Position numbers and translations under genes: made by a program. Shown here piece by piece: positions 1 through 10,754 of a DNA stretch of 64,000 nucleotides (its first letter is position 1; every line of letters begins with the position of its first letter). Source of the DNA: Macrostomum lignano (lineage: Eukaryota). The stretch spans positions 1 to 64,000 of the forward strand of contig NIVC01001699.1 of the NCBI GenBank assembly GCA_002269645.1, given 5' to 3'. The notes below the pieces were generated by a model. The model did no database searches. It had not been told where the DNA came from and worked only from the letters and a program-made list of their open reading frames with translations.

Positions 1-359
1 GGAAACACAGACAGCGCAATAGTAGGGAGAAAAATAGCGAATTGTCAACAATAAATTATCATAATTGGATAGAAGCGCAGCTGGGAAGAGAGGAAACGCG
101 GGAAGGGTGAGGGAAGTGGGGAAAAAGAAGGGGGGAAGGGTTGCTAGCACACAGCCAAGGGCAGAGCCTCGGGGAGAATGACGATTACACAGGGGAAAAT
201 ACTAATGCAGCGCAGTAAATTAATAAGCTAATTTCGCCGGGAGTTCAACCGCACGGAGGCCTAGCGTCCTTGAAGGCTCGGACCCCGCTTCAGCCAGTCA
301 GAGGGCTTCGGGGCGATCGGTTGTAGGCTGGGAGGCGCCGCGCCGTGCGCTGGCCACTG

Positions 360-471
360 TATAAAAGGCGCCACTGATACGGGAGCCGGCTGCCTGCAAC
401 CTACACGGAGTCGCAGTTTCCAACCAAGGCACTCAGCGCGATTTTCCAAACTATACAACTACTCGGTAAGT
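360..471 (+). promoter_or_regulatory. Putative Pol II promoter (TATAAAAG) and short leader exon ending at a GTAAGT donor
   Basis: TATAAAAG at 360-367; CTCG|GTAAGT donor at 466-471. Motif match only. Confidence 0.4.
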
Positions 472-814
472 CCCATCACCAACCTGATTTCCTTTCGCCT
501 ATACGTTAAACGAAATCTACCCACTCGCCATGCCTTTCGTTTTAAACTGAGCCAATTGCAGTAATAATATATGGCCTTTCTTACGGTAAAAGTAGTGAGC
601 AGCCAACACAGAGCCATTTTTAGGAATTTTTAGAATAATGACACAACAATGACTCGTATATTGGTTATTAAAGTTTAAAAAATGAATATTATGGAAGAAC
701 CGAATATTAATAGGATAATTGCACACACACACACACGACAAACACACAACGCAAGGGGGCGGAAAGGCGGGTCGGACCGGCCGGCGGACGTCGCTCAGCA
801 GGCAGTCAGCATCC

Positions 815-2163
815 TTACTCGAAATGGGCCTCTTGATTTAGCTGGTACGGGCCATATGCCGCCACCTGAGCCATGGCACTTGCCCATGCTTCCACATAAC
901 GTTGGGCTGCCGCGGCCGTGAGCACCACTCGGTGCCATCGGCTAGGCAAGATGTCGTTGCGCAGCACGCCCCTCAACTGCGGCAGAGTCGGGATGCCAGG
1001 CTTGGCATTGGACGACGAAGGCCGCATTCCGTACTTGTTGCAGCCGTGTCAGAGTTGGTGCAGACAGGGGCGGCTGCGCGATTGCAAAATGCTGCAAAGT
1101 GCCACGGGGCACCTCGGCCAGGCCCGCGTAGCCGGGCTCAACGTCGCCCAGGGCCGCCAACACCCACCCACAGCGGCGATTGAACCGTTGCGAGAGAGTG
1201 GCGGCCCAGGCCACTGTGGCAAACGGCGCATAGAGGAGGGGCGCAGAGGCCGGCGCGGAGGCCGCAAGAATGCCGTCGTGGATGACGAGAGCCTCTTCCC
1301 ATTCGGCGCCCTCGCTCAGGAAGCCCCAGAGCAGCCCTGGCAGGTCCGCAGGAAGCATGCCCCAGCGGCTGGCCAAGCTGGCCAGGCCAATCAATAGCCG
1401 GGCTCTCTGGGTTGGTGTCAGTTGTCTAGTCATCTGAGAGGAGGCTGCGCAGCTGATGATCACCTTCTTGTAGACCGGCCGATCGCAGGTGCTGAAGATT
1501 GCTGTGATGGGGGCACAGGACGGCGGCGCCGGGCTGTCAGGTGTGATGGTTCCTCATCCACAACCTTGCGGAGGAACTTGGCGGCCTGCCGGACTAGGTC
1601 GCCGAGGGCGTATTTGTAGGCGCTCTGGGCCGCTGCCTCGATGTACATTAACAGCGTATTGTCAACCAATCCCAGCAGGGCCGCTTTTGACAGGATGAGC
1701 AGACAGGGCCGGTCCAGGTTGTCGCGAAGTTGGCGCTCTAGAGTCGCATGCCTGTCCTCGGCCTGGAGTGGGCCATGATAGGACTCAGGCCCGACCCAGT
1801 GCACCAGATCCATAGCTGTCGCCGAAGGTTCGCCAGCCACCTGACCCAATCGACTTCTTCTCTTTGCAGGGCGATGTCCACACTTCGGCGGCTGTTGGGC
1901 AGAACATCACGCAGGCGGCGGGCCGCCTCGCCGAATTCGGCCGCCAGGTCCGAAATGTCTGCGGTGTCGCCCCCAGCATTGGCCGGGTCGATTGTCTCGT
2001 CACCTTCTTCGACCCTGGCGGAGGCCGCCGCTGGCGGCTCGGGGCCGTCCTCCGCCTCTTGGATGGCGTCACGGGGCCGCTTTCGGCTAACTGGGCTGGC
2101 AGGACGCTCAGACGGTAAGCTGGAGCATAGCTGAATTCGATTGATGGTAGGCTTCGTGTCCAT
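815..2163 (-). CDS. Orphan protein of about 450 aa (ORF-X), broken by three apparent frameshifts
   Basis: Minus ORFs 1738..2163, 1460..1849, 942..1463 and 815..1027 overlap in series and read as one GC3-rich, helical-looking protein. ATG at 2163; RKRPR NLS-like motif. No family recognised. Confidence 0.55.
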
Positions 2164-3570
2164 GTCAAGCTGGATAGTTCATAGAATGCTTCAGCGATTG
2201 AAGGACAGAATGATTTCTCTGATTGATGATTTCCAGCTCTGGCAGGCGTGGGTCTTCTTATAGTGCCGGGGCTGGCTTCCCATTGGTTGAGCACATTGGG
2301 AGGCACACCTGCTGCGGCGGGGTCGCCGTTGGCTTGGGACCGCTCGCTCTAGTCTCCGTGCGCTCTGATTGGCTGGTTCCGCCGCTTCCTGTTTCCTCAC
2401 CTGTGAGCAGGGGGCAGACCCGAGACCACCTCCGGTCGCGCCCGCGGCAGATCCGTACTCCAGCGACAGAGATCGCACTCCCACCTCACATGCACACATT
2501 CAGATCAGGCACACAAATTAATTTGGTTAATATGAATAGAAGAGGGATTTGGGAGATTAGACTCCGGAGGATAAATGATGATGCGGCCCAACTCCCTTCG
2601 ATTTCTTCCTTCAACGCCACGCGCACGCAGTTCTCATCCATGCCTCCGAGACCCTCATAAACTTAACAGCCGAAAGAATTCGAAAGAGGAATTAATCATT
2701 AATTTGACTGCCACCAGTTTGATGTACTTATAAAAGAGAAAGGGGAACCTACCACCATCTTGGCGCATTACAAAGAAAAGAAAAGGAGGATCAGCCACCA
2801 TTTTGAGAGAGGTTGCTAGGGAAAACTGCCACCAATTGTACATTAACAGGGAAGAGAAAGAGGGAACCCGTCACCAATTAGAGTGGATTGCCCGGGGAAA
2901 CTGCCACCATTTGCCCTTCTACCAGAGGAGAGGAAGACGAAAAACTGCCATCACTTAGAGGTGTATCATTAAAAGAAGGCGGGGAAGAAGGCTACCACTA
3001 CTTGATCACCTAGAGCTCAAGGGAAGGAGAGGGAATGAAGAAAGGAAGAAACCCCCAGGAAGGCCACTACCACACGCCATAAAGTTAAAATCCCCATCTA
3101 TCTACATCCTAATACCCGGCTAGTTCCCTACTTCTATTTCATCCCTTAAATTCTCATTTTCAGGATTCCGGCCGCTAGTAGCCGAGCCCATCCTTGAAGA
3201 GGAGTCCGACTACGAAGCGCCCGAAGACAGCCATTCAGAGCCGGACGCCCCCTCTGATTCTGGGCCGGCTGCGCCATCTGGTGACATAGGCGCCGCGGCT
3301 CCCGGGCCATGCGACCGCCGGGCCGCCAGCGAACCAGCGTCCGGGGCCGGTTGGCATCCGGTACCACCGCCGTTGTCAGCCCGAGCGCACGCTCCGCCGC
3401 CGGTCGCCGCGGTGACGCCCGTGGCTGCCGCTCCACAGCCCTTGCCAACCCCTGTGGTGGAGACCGACGGCTCCTGGCATTTGGTCGTGCTGTCGACGGC
3501 CCTAATAGCCGGTCTCACAATGCACTGGCTACTGCTCTTGGAGCTATTTCTGCGGCTTCCCAACTGCTGA
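1874..3570 (+). CDS. Putative spliced antisense gene: Arg-rich N-terminus, acidic/Pro-rich middle, C-terminal hydrophobic anchor (about 216 aa)
   Basis: Acceptor CTTCTTCTCTTTGCAG ends at 1869; ATG at 1874; phase-1 donor G|GTAAGC at 2115; acceptor TTCTCATTTTCAG ends at 3163 in matching phase. The frame is open to TGA at 3570 and ends ...WHLVVLSTALIAGLTMHWLLLLELFLRLPNC. Confidence 0.45.
2257..2372 (-). promoter_or_regulatory. Putative promoter of ORF-X (CCAAT and TATA)
   Basis: Minus-strand CCAAT at 2368-2372 and TATAAG at 2257-2262, about 95 nt upstream of the ATG at 2163. Confidence 0.4.
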
Positions 3571-4156
3571 TGCTGGTGGTTCTTAATGCTTACTTACTAA
3601 TTCTGAACTATCTGTCCCCATAACTTGACTTTAATTACTTACCTGACTTTACATTGACTAAACCACTGGCCTACTCTAAACTAATTGCTGCCCCATTTGC
3701 CTGATAAACTTAATTACATTGAATGCCCCCCCTATTGCCTCATCGAAACCAATTAAAAGTTTCCCAAAATCGGACTTTCACAAAGTGTGAACAAACACAC
3801 GAAATCAGACCTAAAGGTGCTAATTTCCTACGGTCCCAGACTTCCATTGTTCCCAGAAAATCTTAAACAGCGGGGCAGGACCTCCTGTGGAGCAGACCCA
3901 TAGAAATTTTACTAGTTTCCAAGTTAATATTTACTGATAGGGAATTAACGCATACTGTACGGGCCTAATTTTCGAGCTAAAATCTTAGATATTTAAACAA
4001 CACCAACGAGCACGAGGTCACAACATAAATTCGAGTAATAGAGGGCATACGTAAATACGCGAAAAGCGGTCTCCAACGGGGCAACACGAGCAAAATTTCG
4101 ACACGCGAATCGGGGGGGGGAATTAAGCAATCACTGGCTAGCTACCGATCTGTTAC

Positions 4157-4507
4157 TCAGCGGGGGTCGAATGGGAGACTCACACCTAGCAAGTAAACCT
4201 TTTCTGTTCGATAGTCTATGATAGCATGCGTACTGGCTAGAAAAGCACTACCCAGGAGGGAAACTGCTGCTGAATTGCCAACGACCAGAAAGAGGATTCT
4301 CACCTCTTCTAGCCCAATAACTGCTGTGAGGGTGGCCTGGCCTAGCATCTCTAATTCATTGCCCGTGTAGGACACGGCCTTCACACATGGGGGCTCCAGG
4401 GCCTCCACACTCTGTCCGGTAATTTTAGTAAAGTCTTTGACTGTTAGCAAAGACAGCGCACTGCCCCCATCTACCAGGAGGCGGGTGGGAACATTCTCAA
4501 TTGGCAA
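4157..4507 (-). CDS. pro: Retroviral-type (Ty3/Gypsy-like) aspartic protease
   Basis: Motifs LLVDGGSALSLL, VSYTGNELEMLG and LLGSAFL match the retropepsin pattern. Stop at 4157-4159 with no RT downstream. Confidence 0.85.
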   Translation of the reverse strand: MPIENVPTRLLVDGGSALSLLTVKDFTKITGQSVEALEPPCVKAVSYTGNELEMLGQATLTAVIGLEEVRILFLVVGNSAAVSLLGSAFLASTHAIIDYRTEKVYLLGVSLPFDPR

Positions 4508-4617
4508 CTCTACAACAATATCTCTCCCGCGTTGTCCTCAGCTGGTCTTGGCTGATAGAAATCGGGTACCTTCTCAAATCTAAACTTCTTGCTGGGCGGA
4601 CGTGGCAGGTTAAGCTG

Positions 4618-4680
4618 GGCCCTAGAGAGGGAACGGGGCTGAGTTCGGGCCGGGCCATTCAGCCCTCCCACGGGTTTCCC
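4618..4680 (-). promoter_or_regulatory. -1 programmed ribosomal frameshift signal (G GGA AAC plus stem-loop or pseudoknot)
   Basis: Slippery heptamer at 4674-4680 in the gag frame (G-N), 4 codons before the stop codon. Stem GGGCTGA (4665-4659) pairs with TCAGCCC (4642-4636) after an 8-nt spacer. Loop GGCCC can pair with GGGCC at 4622-4618. Confidence 0.7.
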
Positions 4681-6102
4681 GAACCCGGGGGCTCTTCAGG
4701 CGTGGAAGGAGGAGGCATCAGAGCTTGCGCGCGCAGCTGGGCGAGCCTCTCCTGCCTCTCCCTGGTAGCCTCGTCTAACATATCTCTGCCCCACTCCTCT
4801 AAATCTTGCCTATGGCGATCAGGTGGCGCACGAAGCTGCAATTGCTGCTGCTGCACACCCGGCGCCGGCGGCGTGGGCGCCTCCTGAATTGCAAGCGGCG
4901 GGGGCTGGGGTTGGCGCCAGTTCCTACTGCTATTAGAGCCGCCCTGCCCCTGCCTCCAGTTCCTGTTGGGAGTGGCGGGGCGAGGGGGCCTCATCTGCTG
5001 GGGCAGCTGGGCAACAGACTCTGCTGTCGCCTTCATAGTTTCATTGAGCTGCACCAGCTGGTTGCGCAGATCCTTTTGCGTTTGCTCTAGCGCGCCCAAC
5101 CTCTCTTGCATCTCTGATAGGCCGTCACCGTCCTCCTCCGTCTCGTCAGCTTCCTGGTTCACCATCCTGACCCACTTGCGAGGGGGCCTGGGTGGCTGCT
5201 GAGGTTGCAGACGGACTTCGGTGCGGGACTCAGACCTGGGCGGGCCACTACTGTCCCATTTCCCGGCTAAGTCTGCGGCTTCTAACAGGGCTTGCTGCTG
5301 TTCTAACACCTGCTCAATTGTCTGCCAGCGACGGCTCAACAGATCTTGTCTGACCTGGCGGGGGAGCTTAGCGTGTTCCAAGTAGGTGTACACGATTTCT
5401 TGTTCTCTCTGCTCACCCTGAATCTGAGGAAACATGGCCGTTATCTGAGATCTTATCATAGCAGCAAAAGCACTATGTGATTGGCCGGGTTTCTGGCTCA
5501 GATTCTTCAGCTTATTTCTCTTAGCCAGATCAGTGTTGGCCTCCCAACTGCTCTCCTAATCTAGCTACGAACTGCTCAAAGGGCAATTGCCCGTCCAATC
5601 CTAAGGCTAAGTTCTGAAATTCACCTGGGAGGTGCGAGATGAGCACCTGCTTCCTAGCCTGATCTCCTACAGTTCTCTCCGCGTCCAGCTTGTAGATCAT
5701 TCTCTCTACCCATTGCACAAAACAGTGTTCGCCGGGAGAGAACTTCTCTACGTAGATTTTCGGCCTCTGGGCGTCTTGGCCCATGTTTAGCTGGTTAAAC
5801 GCATTGGCTATAGCAGCAACTAAGTCTCCTAGCTGCGGGACTGCCTGAGGAGGATTCTGGGCTGCGTCCGGGGGAGCAGCGGCGGCTGCTGCGTCACCCT
5901 GATTGGGAGCGGGAGCTGCTACTCCTTCATCTGGTTCCTCAACTACTACTGCTTCTGGAGGCTGAGGGACCTGGTTACCAGCGGCTGCGGCCATTGCGGC
6001 TGCGGGGGCGGCAACTGCTGGGGTGTCAGCGGCCGAGGGTGGTTGACCAGGGGCGTCTGCGCACACAGCTTCTACGACCCTATCTCCACGCGCCCGTGAC
6101 AT
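4659..6102 (-). CDS. gag: Ty3/Gypsy-like Gag (capsid), one frameshift near 5535
   Basis: ATG at 6102 follows an acceptor ending at 6132. Capsid-like segments VEKFSPGEHCFVQWVERM and LKNLSQKPGQSHSAFAAMIRS are joined by a 1-nt shift, followed by a coiled-coil and a Pro/Gln-rich tail. No CCHC knuckle seen. Confidence 0.8.
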
Positions 6103-9100
6103 GTGAATGCCGGATAGCTGGGGAGTACCCACTACCGGGAAGGAAAAGAAAAGAAAACCGGGGCAACTACAGGTAAAGACCGAAAAGTTGACCCGAAACA
6201 CACAAACACACTCACACACACACAAACACAGACAAAACTCACACACTTGCGGCGTCGAAGAAAACAAATTGAAAAACGGGTGGCTCCACATAATTCCATT
6301 TAGGCAGTCCTAACGGCTTCACTCGGCAAAGCACACTGACTCAAACTGCGGCTACCACTACCAGTTGTCTATGGCACATCCTGACAGGGAAAAATTGGCT
6401 ATTCAGAGAGACTTGACCTTCATTTTGCGGCCATGCTAGGGAACCCAAATGCCGACCGTAAACGGACTTACGGCACCTGTACAAATTCTCCCCTAGGGTT
6501 GCGCGCCGGACCCCATTTCCTTAAGAAAGCTACTACGAAAAGCGTTGGCGCCTGGACCCAAAAACCCAAGTGGCGGGAGCAATCCCCATGGAGGTCCTCC
6601 CACTTTACTGCCCTTGCACAGCCGGAAAACCGTCGGAGTCCAGTGGGGCTTCCACCTCAGGACTACCAATCTTGTACACGCAGCTTCACAAAAGGCGGGA
6701 ATCCAGCTCCCCTACGTCTAGCAGAATCCACAAAAACCAAGACCTCCCCTTTCTGTTCAGAGCGAAGGCGCGCAGCGGGAGTCCAGACTAAACTGTCCCC
6801 GAAGTTTTCAGGTTAGGCGGATTACAAGCCTGAAACTCTCGCCCGCTTTCCTAGGATAAACAGACCTAAGTGAGTATCTTCCTGAAATGCTTGCCCCTCC
6901 GATACTCCACCTTTGCTGCAGCTCGAAATAGCATACTTGGGACCTTTATCTGATGGCGGAGAAAGTCCTACAGTTGTCAGCCTCTCCACTTTACTGTACT
7001 TGAACGCCCGGTTCTACCAGGAGACAGCGGTACCTCCATCTAGGTTATTCCAAGTTGCCAGAGACGTCAACCCGTCTTATTGACCTTGCGGGGCACTGGG
7101 GTGGCACTCTATGTACCGGGGCTTTACATTAGGGGACTGCATGCAACCCTGCGTCTAAGCGCTTAGTGGGCTGCAGTGGCCAGAGGGGAAAAGAGTTGCG
7201 CAATAGCGCCTTCCTGGGCCAGGCTGACAAGTCGGGCAGGAGCGCCGTTCTACCGGGTCGGGCTGATTGGCACCCCACCTCCCCTATCAGACTGACAGCA
7301 GGGGGGAGGAATTACTAAAGGAGGAGAATGCAGCAGGAAACATTACGAGATCACTGGGGCCACCAGACTTCCAGTACACCATTCCAATACTCACTGAACT
7401 CCACTATCAATAGGATACTATGGGATCTACTATTTCCAGCCACTGCACCAGCCCAAATGCAACCAAAGCAGTTACTACCGGGTCTGCAATACAGTGGGGA
7501 GAGTCAGCAGACACGTTGGGATCGAATCCCAGCCATGAAGGCACCAGGGGTTACCGCAGAATTCAGGTCCGGGCTGATCGCAGGTATTCCATAGGAGGTG
7601 ACACTTTTTTTAGCCCGAGATTTTTGAGTCACACTGATACCCTACAGAGATACAATCACACCGCTATTCCCATTCCTGCGAGACTTTGGTATCCCCCAAT
7701 GTTTCCAAGGCCATGACTACTGCTTCCCTTACTATGCATATATAGCGAGTTCCCCATAGCCCTTGATAGCTGTTCATTCTAATGGACAAACAAAACACGC
7801 TCCGGTCTCTACGCATTTCTAGGATTAACTGAGCGATCAGGGAGAGCGACTGTTACACTCCCCCGAGTAAAAGAAAGAGGTAGGACAAAGGAAAGAAATG
7901 CTTCGCTTCCAGCTTCCCTGTGCTTGCGTGATGAGGCTTCCGTACCTGGCTGGCTGTCCACCTCAACACTCACACAGTTCTGCTGTAGGCTAGGCGAGAG
8001 AAAGAAAGGGAGGGGAAATAAAGCATATTACCATGAAATAGAAAGTGAGTCCGGAAAATTCACTTTCGCAGTTCTTCACACACTCCGTTACCAGGTAGCT
8101 ATTCTGATTGTAATCAAATCCGCTCGTCTACCACTTCACACTTTCTAGCGCTGAAACTGATCGGCTAAATTAATTTTAAATTGAATCAGGGGCTTTTGGC
8201 GAATGAATGAATTTGGAAATTTCGAATGAATTGAACGAATTCGCAGCCCGAAAAATTTGAAAAGTTACATTAATATTTTTGGATTTTGTTGCCTCACGCC
8301 ATGGGAGAAGAGAATGACGATTGGCGATTTTTACGATTGGTAGATTTAGACATGGCACTCTTTGCGCTTCGGCCACCATTCTGAGGGATGCCACAGGTGC
8401 GCTTGTCACATCTAAACCACCAGTCCGAAACTCAGCGCTGTTTGCACCAGATCCCACCGCTGCCACCATTTTGATGTAACCGCCCTTGTCGCCTGTCCGC
8501 TCCGTAGAGAGACGAACGCATGACTAGAGGGGGCAATGACCGTAGGCTGCCTATGACCGGGCAATGACCTGACGGACCTCCAGCACCAGACTGTCCCGCC
8601 CACATGATTAGTAGCTTTGGTAGCGCTTCGTGACCAGAGGGCCAAGGACCCACATGGACCCCACCTGTAGCCAAGGTGCAATAGTTGGTCACTCGGTCAT
8701 GGTATGACCGAGTGGCTGCCACCACTCTATGTGACCTGGCGCACCTGGATCTTTCTACCAGACCTCTCGAGGCTAGAGCCCCGCCTGGATTGGTTACCAG
8801 GGGATTTAGGCTAACAGGGGAGACGCATGCAGCCGAGTACAGGGACTCTGCTTGGGGCATGATCGGGAACTCTGGGCTCAATCCTGGAGGATTTCTCAGC
8901 AGGGGATCCTTTGGGCTGTGAGCGAGGCTGACTTGCGACTTTGATTACTAAGAGTAGTATGAGGCGAACATGTACTGTCTACAGTTTAGATTGCTCAGGG
9001 CGAAGGGACGCGTCAGCATGGGGTTGCAACCTTCCTACTGCCATTCTGTGCCAAGACTCGCTAATCCCTCTACTGCACGCACACGCGGCCCCGCAGCACG

Positions 9101-9411
9101 CACTCACAGGCGGGCTTTGCACGGGGAGAGGCCATTAGCTTACCCAAACTTCCTTATGCTTTGCCACCCCGGGAGAAAGGCTTAGCAAGCCATGAGTGAA
9201 ATGATGGTAAAAGATTGAATAATGATGAAGTTAGTTAATAGTTAATAATTAGGCCCTTAGGCGAATAATCAGGCAATTAGGCGGCTTCACTATTGAGTAA
9301 AATACAGCAAAAGATACGGTATCACAATTGGCTCAGCTCTCTAATCAGACAATGGAAAATAGGCAAACCCCGGATAAGCAAAGGCAATTAGAGCACAAAT
9401 TAGTAGCAGGA

Positions 9412-9839
9412 ACTTACCGGCAGCTGCACAGAGAGAGAGAGAGACGGAGTGACCGAGGGCGGCTGTAGGCTGCAGTCAGGCAGACGGTGAAGCGGCGATG
9501 CGCTGGAGCGACGAGGCGCTGATGTAGATCAGGCGATGCTGATGATGCTGGGCGGTATCAGACCGCTGGCCGATAGGCGAGCTCACTTGGGGAGCTAAGG
9601 ATAACTTGGCGGTAACAGACCGCGGGCCGGCAGGGATTCGTCTTATAGACGAATGGGTCAGAACTCAATCTGACAGCAAGTCCAAAGAAGGACGAGGAGA
9701 GGAACAGAGATAAACTCAGTTGAGTATTCTCATGCCGAAATCGCTTCCTTTTATAGACCTCACAGCCGCCTCCTCAAGGTCGTTACCATGGCTCCCTCTC
9801 TCTGATTGGCTGCCGGCAGAATGACGTCAGAATGAGTCA
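9412..9839 (-). promoter_or_regulatory. Putative Pol II promoter and non-coding leader exon upstream of gag
   Basis: AP-1 site TGAGTCA at 9833-9839, CRE TGACGTCA at 9822-9829, CCAAT at 9805-9809, TATAAAAG at 9748-9755, donor GTAAGT at 9417-9412. Confidence 0.5.
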
Positions 9840-10754
9840 TGATGAGAAGCATGAGACCGGCATAGCAACATGAGAAAACGGGAAATTGCGCAATCCGGAG
9901 GTGGGGTGGGGGGATAATTGGCGCAGCGGGTGGTCGCGAAAGTGTTGCGCAAGCAAACATTGAGAACAATAGGGCTGGGTCGAGAACAAAGGAATTGGAA
10001 ATCGGGGATAATTGGGGAAAACTGAGAACAATGGAAAAGTAAACATTGGAGAAAAGGTGATAATTAGGTGCGAAAACGAGAACAAAAGAAAGAGAAAATC
10101 GGAGAAAATGTGATAATTGGTGGGGTCGAGAGAACAAAAGAAGCAAAAACGAGAACAATAGAAGCGGAGGTGGGGTGGGTGTCACATGAGAAATTTGGGA
10201 AGGAGAACAATAGCGTGAGAAAAGGTTGCGCAAGAGAGGGGGATGAGTCATCGATGAGTCATCGGGGGAAGAAGGGGTCACACGACTTGCGTCACCGTTT
10301 GGGAGTTTGGGAGGGGATGGGGAGACGGTGAGCACACAAAATACTGTAAGTAGACACAGAGAAGGAGGGGACAGCGCAGGAAAAAAAAGTGCAGAGAGAG
10401 ATAAAAAGAGGGGGAAAGGGAAAGTACAGGAAGAATAGGGCGGAAACAGAAGAGATAGGGTAGAGGGGGAGGTACAGAAAGGGGTAGGGGGCTCCGGAAA
10501 GGCAGGTGTGGCGGCAGGAGAGACGGGACCAAGGCAGCAGGAGGGGTGCAGCAGAGCGGGAGTCTCCAGGCCCGGTCGGAGACCTGGCCGAGTCTCGACA
10601 GCTCTGTGCAGAGGGTGCACGGGATAGGAGGCACTTTCGAAAAAGTTCCCATGCCCTATCCCGCGACCAGAGCGTGGTTACATCAGCTCGTTTAAAAGCA
10701 TTGTCTATGGCCAAGCCTTATACAAACTCCATATACTAAAGCTGTGTACCTGTA

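Noticed and set aside
1-10700. A pair of LTRs or DIRS-type terminal repeats around the gag cassette
   Set aside because: No shared direct or inverted sequence found by eye between 1-800, 3570-4150, 6290-6900 and 9200-10700. A purine run at minus 3740-3726 followed by TGTAA has no matching 5' copy.
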